A DNA stretch of 46,722 bases from an uncultured Bryobacterales bacterium (GTDB lineage: Bacteria > Acidobacteriota > Terriglobia > Bryobacterales > UBA6623): positions 1-46,722 of the forward strand of contig CAYOPA010000002.1 in NCBI GenBank assembly GCA_964405625.1, given 5' to 3'. Numbering within the stretch: position 1 is the stretch's first letter; each line of letters starts with the position of its first letter. Below the pieces are notes generated by a model that saw nothing but the letters and a program-made list of their open reading frames with translations, made no database searches and was not told the DNA's origin. Made by a program: the position numbers and the translations under genes. Positions 8,883-17,685 of this stretch are shown here, in pieces.

Positions 8883-11800
8883 ATGAGGTATTTGACGGCG
8901 CCCCTACTGCTTGCCTTCGCCGCGCTCCTGCCGGCGCAAAACGATTTCGGCTCACTACGCACCCAAGCTCTGCAAATGACAGCCGGTTCCAACCCGCTGT
9001 TCATGGCCGGAACGACGGAGGGTCTGTTTGTCAGCCGCGACGAGATGCAGTCCTGGCGACCGGTCGCGCTAAGTCCCGACCTGACCCGGCCACAGCCCGG
9101 AATCACCCAGATTGACCGCGACCCGTTCAGCTCAAGCGTCTTCTATGCCGCCGGTTCCGAGCGCACCAGCACGGTCAGCGTGACGCTTAACCAGCGCCCG
9201 GAGATCTACCGCAGCGACGACGCCGGCGAGACCTGGAACCGCAAGACCTCCGGCCTGCCGGAGGACGCCACGCTTCGTGCGATCCACGTGATGCAGAACG
9301 CACAGGGCGTGTTGTACGCCTATCTGCACGTCAACGACGAGCGACGCGTCTACCGATCGGCCAATCGCGGCGACTCGTGGACCCTGTTTCGGACGCTGCC
9401 CTCCGGAGCCGGTCCTCTCCTGATTCACCCGCGCAACCCCAACCTGTGGTACTACAACACCGGACGGGCCGTCTTTAAGAGCGTCAACGCGGGCGAAAGC
9501 TGGGCCAGCGCCGGGCCGTTCCCGCTTCGCTCGACCGGCGGCGGCATTGAGAACAGCATCACCTCGACCATTCTGGATCCGAACAACGAGAACATTCTTG
9601 TGATGTGTACAAGCGGTCCGAGCTTCGGCAACGACGAGGTGAACAACGGCATTTTCTTCAGCAACACGCAAGGCGCTTCCTGGCAACGCAAGACCACCAC
9701 CATTGCGCAGCAATTGTACTTGTCCGAGGGCCTGCTGCTGATCCATCAGGTCGAGGGCCGCAACTTGTGGATCAGCACCGACAGCGGCCGCAGCCTGCAG
9801 CAGCCGGTTCGGATGTCGGGCGGTTCCAGACGCGCCGACGGCTTTCTAATTGATAGGCGGGAGTCCGATACGATCTACTCCGGCCTGGAGCTGAGTCAGG
9901 ATCGCGGACGCAATTGGGTGGCGCGCGAAGCCGCGGTCACGCCCTTCTTTGGCCCGGACGTCCCGTCGATTGAGACCTCCGGCTCGACCAACGACCAGGC
10001 GCCTCGCATTCTGACCACTCGCGTCATCGCCCGAGGCGCCGGGGCTTGGGCCTTGCCCTTCACCGTCGAGAGCTCAGCCTCGTGGCTCACCACGACTTCA
10101 GCTTCCGGCACGACGCCGGCTTCGATTTCGGTCCGCATCAACGCCGGCGGCGTGCCTGTCGGCATGCACGAGGCGACGTTGACCTTCCGTTCCACCGAAG
10201 CCGCGAACTCCGAGGTCGCCCTGCCCGTTCGGCTGACCGTTACGGCCGAACCGGCCGCTGACCCATCCCCCACAATCTTGACCTTCGCCCTGGACGGCAG
10301 TTTCAGCGACGCCGGAGACGGGGGGCCGGCGACCGCGGCTTCGATGCAAGGCCCGACGTTCATGGTCTTCAACGCCGAGGGCGGGCTCTACATCAGCGAC
10401 CAGTTCGCCGACAAGGTGCGCTACATCAACCCCGCGGGCGTCATCTCTACCTTTGCCGGCACGGGCGTGGGCGAGTTTGGCGGCGACGGCGGTCCGGCCG
10501 TACAGGCCCGTATTGACAGCCCGCGCGGATTGTCAGTCGGACCGATGGGCCAGGTCTATATCGCTGACGGCTTCAACCGGCGCGTGCGACTTGTGGGACC
10601 GGACGGACGCATCTCCACCGTCGCCGGAACGGGCGAATTGGGCTCGAATGCGGCGACCGGACGGGCGGCTGACTTGAACATCAGCCCGAATGACATCATC
10701 GCCACGCCGGACGGCGGCTACTACATGACCGGCTCGGGAACATATCGCGTCAATCCGGACGGCTCCTACATCCGCTGGAGCTTGACGAGCTACACCGCGC
10801 TGGCGCTTGGCCCCAACGGACGGCTGTACGGTCTGACTTCCAACCGCGTCTCCGAACTGCGGCCCAACAACTTCACGCAGCCGTACGCGGGGACGGGCTC
10901 GACCGGCTTCAGCGGCGACGGCGGCCCGGCCCTGGAGGCGCAGTTGAGCGGCGCCACGGATATGATCTTTGACCGCGAAGGCCGGCTGTTCATCGCCGAC
11001 AGCGGCAACCACGTCGTCCGCATGGTGGACCGTAACGGCGTCATCAGCACGTACGCCGGAACCGGCGTAAGCGGCGACTCCGGCGACGGCGGCCCGGCCA
11101 ACCTCGCGCAGTTGCGAAATCCGCGGGGTGTGATCGTCGGCCCCGACGACAGGCTTTATATCTCCGGCGGCGGGAGGATTCGTGTCGTGCTGGCGCCCGG
11201 CGAGGCTGCTCCGGGACCGGTGTTGAGCAGCGCGGGCGTGGTCAGCGCGGCGTCGTTTACTAACTCCGTGGTGGCGCCCGACCAGATTGTCTCCATCTTC
11301 GGCTCGAACCTCAGCTCAGAGGTTGCCGAGGCGACCCAGACGCCGCTGCCGGAGACGTTGGCCGGGACTCGCTCCGAGCTGATCGACGCCTCCGGGGCGA
11401 CGCACCGGCTGTCCTTCGTCTTCGTGTCGCCAGGTCAGATCAACGCCGTGGTTCCCGGGGGAGTGGCGGCTGGGGCGGCGCGACTACGCGTCATCAGCGC
11501 CGCCGGCCAGGCGGGCGAGACGACGATCCAGGTGGCCGCCGTGGCGCCGGGTCTTTTCTCGGTGGATGCCAGAGGCCAGGGCTTAGCGGCGGCGGCCGCG
11601 GTACGCGTAGCCTCCGATGGAGCTCAAACCCCAGTCGACGTCCTGTCACCCGCAAACCCGCTGGCGGCGGCCCCGATCAACCTGGGGCCGGACGGCGATT
11701 TGGTCGTCCTGCTGCTCTTCGGGACAGGCATGCGCAACTTTTCCAGCGAAATCAAAGTTACGATCGGCGGCCTGCCGGCCACGATCGTTGGCTTCGGCCC

Positions 11801-11933
11801 CTCGACGGAGTTCGTGGGCCTGGATCAGCTCAACGCGGTCATCCCGCGCGACCTCGCCGGTCGCGGCGAAGTCGATGTGAACGTGGAGGTGGACGGCCAA
11901 GCGGCAAACACGGTGACCATCACCGTGCAATGA
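8883..11933 (+). CDS. Large secreted protein: BNR/Asp-box beta-propeller + NHL repeats + Solibacter-type (TIGR03437-like) C-terminal domain
   Basis: Start at ATG 8883 (MRYLTAPLLLAFAALLPAQ signal). Asp-boxes SDDAGETW, SANRGDSW, SVNAGESW, SNTQGASW, SQDRGRNW. Repeated NHL units (GTGxxGxxGDGGPAxxAxLxxPxG...ADxxNxxVR). C-terminus SAASF...IVSIFGSNL...FVSPGQINAVVP...APGLF...GLDQLNAVIP...TITVQ. Confidence 0.85.
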   Translation: MRYLTAPLLLAFAALLPAQNDFGSLRTQALQMTAGSNPLFMAGTTEGLFVSRDEMQSWRPVALSPDLTRPQPGITQIDRDPFSSSVFYAAGSERTSTVSVTLNQRPEIYRSDDAGETWNRKTSGLPEDATLRAIHVMQNAQGVLYAYLHVNDERRVYRSANRGDSWTLFRTLPSGAGPLLIHPRNPNLWYYNTGRAVFKSVNAGESWASAGPFPLRSTGGGIENSITSTILDPNNENILVMCTSGPSFGNDEVNNGIFFSNTQGASWQRKTTTIAQQLYLSEGLLLIHQVEGRNLWISTDSGRSLQQPVRMSGGSRRADGFLIDRRESDTIYSGLELSQDRGRNWVAREAAVTPFFGPDVPSIETSGSTNDQAPRILTTRVIARGAGAWALPFTVESSASWLTTTSASGTTPASISVRINAGGVPVGMHEATLTFRSTEAANSEVALPVRLTVTAEPAADPSPTILTFALDGSFSDAGDGGPATAASMQGPTFMVFNAEGGLYISDQFADKVRYINPAGVISTFAGTGVGEFGGDGGPAVQARIDSPRGLSVGPMGQVYIADGFNRRVRLVGPDGRISTVAGTGELGSNAATGRAADLNISPNDIIATPDGGYYMTGSGTYRVNPDGSYIRWSLTSYTALALGPNGRLYGLTSNRVSELRPNNFTQPYAGTGSTGFSGDGGPALEAQLSGATDMIFDREGRLFIADSGNHVVRMVDRNGVISTYAGTGVSGDSGDGGPANLAQLRNPRGVIVGPDDRLYISGGGRIRVVLAPGEAAPGPVLSSAGVVSAASFTNSVVAPDQIVSIFGSNLSSEVAEATQTPLPETLAGTRSELIDASGATHRLSFVFVSPGQINAVVPGGVAAGAARLRVISAAGQAGETTIQVAAVAPGLFSVDARGQGLAAAAAVRVASDGAQTPVDVLSPANPLAAAPINLGPDGDLVVLLLFGTGMRNFSSEIKVTIGGLPATIVGFGPSTEFVGLDQLNAVIPRDLAGRGEVDVNVEVDGQAANTVTITVQ

Positions 11934-11977
11934 GACCCCCTGGCTGCGAGGCAAGCGCCGCCGCGCGGCCCAGACGG

Positions 11978-12955
11978 CTACACCCGGAAGTAGGGCTTTA
12001 GCGCCTCCAAATTCCAGTCGATCTCCGCCATTTGCGCGGCGTTCCAGGTGTAGTCGCCGCGCCGGCTGATGGCCGTCTTGAAGATCCCCCGCTTGCGAAA
12101 GACGTAGTTGCGTACGCCCGGGATCTGCTGGTCCAGGTTGACCAGCAGCAGCAGCTTCGAGAAAACCTCCCGCATCTTCTTGCGGTCGTCCTTCTGGTGC
12201 AGCTCCCACAGCAGGGCGTAGACCTCGGCGAACATCGCGCCCGGCATCGTGCCGTCAAAACCCAGCCGCATTTCGTACATCCAGCCCTTGCCCGCCGCAC
12301 CGGAAAAGACGCTCTTGATCGGGTTCGGCCGGTGGGCCGCCATCTCCGTCAGGCGCTCGATCACCGGCTGCGCCTCCTCTTTCACATACCCGAAGTTCGG
12401 ATACTTCTCCGCCAGTTCCACGATTAGCTCGACTGACGGAACCAGCCCCTTGGCGCCGCCCGTGGTCTGGATAAAGACCGGCCGCTTGGCCACCTGTCAC
12501 AGCACCGAGTAGTAGGCCTTGTAGTCCGCCATCGAATCGGCCTCGCTGGGCGGCATCGAGATCAAGGCGTCCGGCCCGAGCTTTTCGGCGTGGCGGGCGT
12601 ATTCGAGCATCTTGTCCAGCGTCGGCGCCTGTACGCCCAACACCAGCGCCGGCTTCTTGCCCTTTGCCGCCTTGGCCATCACCTCCATGCCCTGCATCCG
12701 CTCGTCCTGGGTCAGTTGGGTGAATTCGCTGGCCGATTGCGGCCACACGATGCCCTGAACGCCGGATTTGTGGAGGAACTCAACCTCGCCGGCCAAGTCT
12801 TCAAAGTCAACCGGCTTGCCCGGTGCGTCCTTGTACGGGGTGGCGGCGATGATAAAGGCGCCTCGCATCGGTTTTTCCGCGGCGCGAAGGGAACGAACGG
12901 CCAGCGGCGAAGCGGCCAGGGCTGCGAGGAGCTGGCGGCGGCTGAAATGAGGCAT
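11978..12955 (-). pseudogene. Tat-exported DHDPS/N-acetylneuraminate-lyase-family (class I aldolase) gene interrupted by a single in-frame TGA
   Basis: ORFs 12497..12955 and 11978..12493 are in the same frame. Junction reads ...ADYKAYYSVL-TGA(12499-12497)-QVAKRPVFIQTTGG. Tat motif SRRQLL at the N-terminus. Both halves look fully coding. Confidence 0.55.
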
Positions 12956-13011
12956 CGCCGGTCAGGATAGCATCAGCCTGCGTATTCAGGGGATACTCAA
13001 GGATCAAGCCG

Positions 13012-13701
13012 ATGTCGGGCGTCAATCCCAAGCACCCTTCGCCAAACAATGATTCGCTGTCGCTGGCCATCGAGGTCGAGCGTGGCAAAGGCGTGCTGCA
13101 TCAGATCACCTCGGTGATTCTGCGTCATGGCGGCGACATCACCGCCGTCGCCATCCTCGACGCAGGGAAGGAGGTTGAGACGCTCTCGTTCGAGATCGCC
13201 GACCTGGCCGACCACGACGGGCTGGTGGCCGACCTGCGCTCCCAATCGAACGTGCGCAGCGTGGACGAGAGCCGCGCCCTCAAGCAGGTGTTTGGCAAGC
13301 GGGTGATCATTATCGGCGGCGGCGCCCAGGTGGGCCAAGTGGCCATCGGCGCCGTGTCGGAGGCCGACCGCCACAACCTGCGCGGCGAGCGCATCTCGGT
13401 GGACACCATTCCGCTGGTGGGCGAAGCCGCCTTGGCGGAAGCCGTGCGCGCCACGGCCCGCCTGCCGCGCGTACGGGCCGTCGTGCTGGCCGGCGCGCTG
13501 ATGGGCGGCGACATTGAGGTGGCCGTCCGCGAGGTCCGCGAGCGCGGGCTGATCGTGATCTCGCTGAACATGGCGGGTTCCGTGCCGGACTCAGCCGACC
13601 TGGTCGTCAGCGACCCCGTGCAGGCCGGCGTGATGGCCGTGATGGCGGTCTCCGACAACGCCAAATTCAACATCGCCCGCCTCAGCAAGCGACGCTTTTA
13701 A
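13012..13701 (+). CDS. ACT-domain protein with a C-terminal Rossmann-like domain of unknown function
   Basis: N-terminal LSLAIEVERGKGVLHQITSVILRHGGDITAVAIL is ACT-like. The C-terminal half has GKRVIIIGGGAQVGQVA. The family name is uncertain. Confidence 0.55.
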   Translation: MSGVNPKHPSPNNDSLSLAIEVERGKGVLHQITSVILRHGGDITAVAILDAGKEVETLSFEIADLADHDGLVADLRSQSNVRSVDESRALKQVFGKRVIIIGGGAQVGQVAIGAVSEADRHNLRGERISVDTIPLVGEAALAEAVRATARLPRVRAVVLAGALMGGDIEVAVREVRERGLIVISLNMAGSVPDSADLVVSDPVQAGVMAVMAVSDNAKFNIARLSKRRF

Positions 13702-14007
13702 GCGGCGCCGTTCAGGTGGCGCTTGTCGGCCAGAAGAAGCTCGCAAGCGAGAGCATGGGCAGGCCTCGTGGCGCACGGCTTCGCCGTGCAGTCGGGCCTG
13801 CGGCCCGACCCTGGAGTTTCCACATTTCACTCAAGCCCGCGACGGACAATACGTCGGCAAGCGACGACGCGGCACGGCTGGAGCCCTGCGCCACGTTCAT
13901 GTCCCTGTCGTCCCAGCCGGCCTAAGGGCCCACCGCCCGTGGAAGGGGGCGTTCGCCTGATAGGCGGCCGGCCCGCTCGGCGCCCATAATCAAGTCGTAT
14001 CATCACG

Positions 14008-15348
14008 ATGAGCGCCCCACCCGCCACACAATTTGAAAGCGCCGCCCGCTCGGGACTGGAACAGTTCGTCCCTTCCCCGCCGCGATCGCTCGAAGAGGCC
14101 GGCGTTTCAGCCAGCTTGGTTGAACAGCTCATTCTGAAGAACCTCTATTTCCGGGGCGACGTAACGGGTCGCGACCTGGGAAAGCTGCTTGGCTTACAGT
14201 TCAGCGTGATTGAGCCGGTGCTCGATTTCCTCAAGCAGGCCCGGCTGGTGGAGGTGAAGAAGTCCGCCGGCTTCGGCACGGTCTCGGCGGTGTTCGCGTG
14301 CAGCGACTCCGGCCGCGTTCGGGCCAAGGAATACTTGGACGACAACCGCTTTCTCGGCCCCGCGCCGGTGCCGCTCAAGGACTACTACCACGCCGTCCGC
14401 AAGCAGCGCGTCGAGCCCGGCTGGATGACCAAACAGACCCTCAAGCAGGCCTTTGCCGGCGCGGTCACCACGGACGCCTTCTTCTCCAAGCTCGGCCCGG
14501 CGGTGAACTCGTTCAAGTCGCTGCTGATCTACGGCGCGCCCGGCAACGGCAAGACCTTCTTGGCCGAGCAACTGATGAACGTCGACTACGCGCCGATCTT
14601 CGTCCCCTACGTGCTACAGGCCGAAGGGCAGTTCATCAAGGTCTTCGACTCGCTGTACCACGAGAAGGTCGATGACGACGACGACGAGCTCAGCGCGCTG
14701 GTCCGGCAGGAGGAGAAGTACGACCGGCGCTGGGTCCGCTGCCGGCGGCCGTTCCTGACCACCGGCGGCGAGCTGACCATGGGCATGCTGGACCTGATGT
14801 ACATTGAGGCCGCCAAGATCTACGATGCGCCCTACCAGCTCAAGGCCAACAACGGCATCTACTTGATCGATGACTTCGGCCGCCAGCAGATCACTCCGGC
14901 CGAGCTGCTCAACCGCTGGATTTACCCGCTGGACCGGGGCCGCGACTACTTGCAGTTCAACACGGGCAGCAAGATTGAGGTCCCATTCGAGTGCTTCCTG
15001 ATCTTCTCTTCCAACCTGAACCCCAACGACCTAGGCGACGAGGCTTTCCTGCGGCGGCTGGAGTACAAGATGTACATGCAGAACCCCTCCCCGGAGGAGT
15101 ACGCGAACATCTTCCACGGCTACTGCCGCAAGCTGAAGATCGAGTGCTCGCCCGCGCTGCTGGCCCAGGTGGTGGACGCGCACTACACCAAGACGGGCCG
15201 CAAGTTCCGGCGCTGCCACCCGCGCGACGTGCTCAACGTCGCCATCGATCTGATCCGTTTTGAGAAGCTGCCGTACGTGCTGACCAAGGAGCTGCTCAAC
15301 CGCGCGTTTGAGCTGAAGTTCGTCCCGATGGAACCCGTCGAAGGGTAG
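14008..15348 (+). CDS. AAA+ ATPase with N-terminal winged-helix-like domain, function unknown
   Basis: Walker A LIYGAPGNGKTFLAEQL and Walker B IYLIDDFGRQ. Sensor region FLIFSSNLNP...DEAFLRRL. N-terminal LILKNLYFRGDVTGRDLGKLLGLQFSVIEPVLDFLKQARLVEV looks wHTH-like. Confidence 0.7.
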   Translation: MSAPPATQFESAARSGLEQFVPSPPRSLEEAGVSASLVEQLILKNLYFRGDVTGRDLGKLLGLQFSVIEPVLDFLKQARLVEVKKSAGFGTVSAVFACSDSGRVRAKEYLDDNRFLGPAPVPLKDYYHAVRKQRVEPGWMTKQTLKQAFAGAVTTDAFFSKLGPAVNSFKSLLIYGAPGNGKTFLAEQLMNVDYAPIFVPYVLQAEGQFIKVFDSLYHEKVDDDDDELSALVRQEEKYDRRWVRCRRPFLTTGGELTMGMLDLMYIEAAKIYDAPYQLKANNGIYLIDDFGRQQITPAELLNRWIYPLDRGRDYLQFNTGSKIEVPFECFLIFSSNLNPNDLGDEAFLRRLEYKMYMQNPSPEEYANIFHGYCRKLKIECSPALLAQVVDAHYTKTGRKFRRCHPRDVLNVAIDLIRFEKLPYVLTKELLNRAFELKFVPMEPVEG

Positions 15349-15475
15349 GGTGGCGAGCTTGGCCTTGGAAGGTCAGCTGGAAAGCCGACCTTGCGGGCTG
15401 TGCCAAAGCCCGCGCCACGGGGCGCCAATCTCTTGTCTCAAAGTCCGAATCAGGCAGCTATGGCGCACCATTTAG

Positions 15476-15542
15476 CCCCGGGCTTCAGCCCGGGGTCAGG
15501 GAAGGACGCGACGCCCATATTCCCCCGGGCTGAAGCCCGGGG
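15476..15542. repeat. REP-like element: two inverted copies of a 20-nt self-palindrome
   Basis: CCCCGGGCTTCAGCCCGGGG (15476-15495) and its exact reverse complement CCCCGGGCTGAAGCCCGGGG (15523-15542). Each forms an 8-bp hairpin. Located between convergent genes. Confidence 0.75.
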
Positions 15543-15568
15543 CTGGCTTTTACCGCGCGTCTCCGACG

Positions 15569-17383
15569 CTAATCGCCGGCCACGGCCTCTTCGACCGGCT
15601 GCTCGGGCTTGGCGTGGCCGTTGGAGCCGTAGCTGGAGAGGATCTTGAACGGGTTGTCGGCCCCGATGCTGTCCGCTTCGGCGTCGCGCGAAGTACCGTA
15701 GACGTTGAACGGCTGGAAGTCGTTCATTTTGCGCAGCTCTTCGAGCGTCTGCTTGCGGTGCTTGGGGATCAGCCGGGGCGGCTGGACCTGCTGCGTCGGC
15801 TCCTTGTCCCAGTTCAGGTAGAGGTGCTGGGAGAGCTTCTCCTCGGAGACGCCGGCGAAGCGCATGGCGGGCCACTTGAAGACCTTGCCGTGGACGTGCT
15901 TGCCGCGCAGGTAGTAAAACAGCTTGGTGCCGATCTTGAAGTAGGCGCGCGAACGGTCGCGCATCTCGCCGAAGTCGCGGCTCTGCTTCCAGGCCGTCAT
16001 CATGAACTCCCACTGCAACTGGGTGAGCTCCTTGGACTTGAGCGGCTTGCCGTCCTTCATGCGCGTATCTTCGAGCGGCGTGAAGATCGACGGCACGTAC
16101 AGCACCTTGTTGTTCTTGAGGCGGTGTAGCAGGTCGAGGGTCTGCTTCAGATCCTCTTCGGTCTCGTTGGGCAGGCCGATGATGAAGGTGTAGACCGGGA
16201 ACCAGTTGTTTTCGTTGAGGATGTTGGTGCCCTCGACGACGATCTCCTGCCAGTCGCGGATGTCAAACGGCAGCGATTTGCCCGACATGGTCAGGGCGCC
16301 GAGGCGCGCCGATCCGGTTTCGATGCCGATCAGCGGGGCCAGGAACTTCTTGTCCTTGTGCGTCGAGTTGCGGTTGCGCAGGGCGGACTTGTCGAGCAGG
16401 ATGCCCGACATCTCCTTGATAAGATCCGGGTTGACCACGGCCGGCGCGATGGTGGCGTGCGACAGCGGCAGGTACTCCACGCCGGGCTCGCGGGCGATCG
16501 ACTCGTAGAAGTTGATGATGGCGTGCGGGTTCGGAATATAGAACGGGGCCGCGGCGCCGTAGATGAAGACGTCTTCCGACACCGGGAAGATGATCTTCCC
16601 GCCGTTGCGCGTATTGGCGCGGACGCCTTCCATCACCTCGTCGTGCGGCACGGAGATGCGCGTCTCCAGAGTGGGAGAGCAGAAGGCGCATTGGCGACCG
16701 CAGCCGCGGGTCATCTCCACCACGCCGTAGGTGGAACGCTTGTGGGGCGTGACGAGCTGCTCGGGCGAAGGCTCCGGCGCTTCAACCGTTTTCGGAAGCT
16801 CTTCGCCGGCCTCGGCCTTCTTGAACAGGTCGAGGATAACGCCCTCGGCGCGGCCGATGATGACGCAGTCCACGCCAAGCCGCTCCTGGTTGCCGGTCTT
16901 GACGATCTGCCAGGAACCGGCGCCGCCGACCAGGACCTTCGGCCGATGGCGGCGGATGGCTTCGTGGAAGTAGATCCGCTCGCTCTCAGCCGAGTTCACC
17001 GGGCGGGCGGTGGAGCCGAAGATGTTCGAGTAGACGCCGGTGGAGAAAGCGGTGCCGATGGGGTTGTGGGCGCCGACGCCGACGGCGACGGTCTTGGGGC
17101 CGACGAACTTGCTGAGGTCGTCGGGGTAGCAGACGGCGACGTTGTCAGCGCCGTACTCGCGGATCAGAATCTCTTCGGTCACCCGCACGCCGTAAGGCAT
17201 GACCTTGGCGGTTCCATCGGGATACCACTCCTTGGCCAAGTTCTTCTGGTACATGAAGCGAGGAACATACCGAGCGGGAGCGGATGCGTAAATCATCTGC
17301 TTCCAAGGGCTGAAGGCCTGCTCAGTGGACTCGGTGTCCGGCGCGGTGAGAACGAATTTAACTCCTTGAGGATCGTATGCCAT
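15569..17383 (-). CDS. Radical SAM protein (B12-binding-domain-like N-terminus, long C-terminal extension)
   Basis: CxxxCxxC cluster motif in VEMTRGCGRQCAFCSP. N-terminal Rossmann-like region (KVLVGGAGSWQ). 604 aa. Confidence 0.8.
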   Translation of the reverse strand: MAYDPQGVKFVLTAPDTESTEQAFSPWKQMIYASAPARYVPRFMYQKNLAKEWYPDGTAKVMPYGVRVTEEILIREYGADNVAVCYPDDLSKFVGPKTVAVGVGAHNPIGTAFSTGVYSNIFGSTARPVNSAESERIYFHEAIRRHRPKVLVGGAGSWQIVKTGNQERLGVDCVIIGRAEGVILDLFKKAEAGEELPKTVEAPEPSPEQLVTPHKRSTYGVVEMTRGCGRQCAFCSPTLETRISVPHDEVMEGVRANTRNGGKIIFPVSEDVFIYGAAAPFYIPNPHAIINFYESIAREPGVEYLPLSHATIAPAVVNPDLIKEMSGILLDKSALRNRNSTHKDKKFLAPLIGIETGSARLGALTMSGKSLPFDIRDWQEIVVEGTNILNENNWFPVYTFIIGLPNETEEDLKQTLDLLHRLKNNKVLYVPSIFTPLEDTRMKDGKPLKSKELTQLQWEFMMTAWKQSRDFGEMRDRSRAYFKIGTKLFYYLRGKHVHGKVFKWPAMRFAGVSEEKLSQHLYLNWDKEPTQQVQPPRLIPKHRKQTLEELRKMNDFQPFNVYGTSRDAEADSIGADNPFKILSSYGSNGHAKPEQPVEEAVAGD

Positions 17384-17685
17384 GGCGCTTTTTCCGGGTG
17401 ACCCTCAATTGTACAACCTGGGCGAGGAGCCTAGGTAACAGGATCAGCCGAATGGAAGCATGCGGCGGCAGGAGGCGAAAGACGGCGCCGGACGGCGCCG
17501 CGGTCTGGGGTTGGTCGCGAGTTTCGGCGGCGTTGCGCGGCGAATCGCGAGACGTGTCGATCGGCGGGCCTGCGTTCTCGGACGCCGACGCCGAAATGGA
17601 CGGCGGCTATGGTGGCGTCGCGCACAACCGGGCCGGCGGATCTTTCGATCCTCTCAGCCTCTGCGCCCCAGTTGGCGGGTAGGCC

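Noticed and set aside
12400-12496. SECIS element downstream of the DHDPS-family in-frame TGA
   Set aside because: Only small hairpins are present, with loops (AAGC, UUAUCC) lacking the GU apical signature. Without a tool-based prediction I do not call this a SECIS.
16358-17401. 347-aa plus-strand ORF
   Set aside because: It is antisense to the radical SAM gene, which carries the CxxxCxxC motif. It is low-complexity and Arg/Gly/Asp/Val-rich.
17408-17413. TACAAT -10-like hexamer upstream of the radical SAM gene (and TATAAT at 39023-39028 upstream of thiS)
   Set aside because: No convincing -35 at proper spacing. A single hexamer match is insufficient to annotate a promoter.
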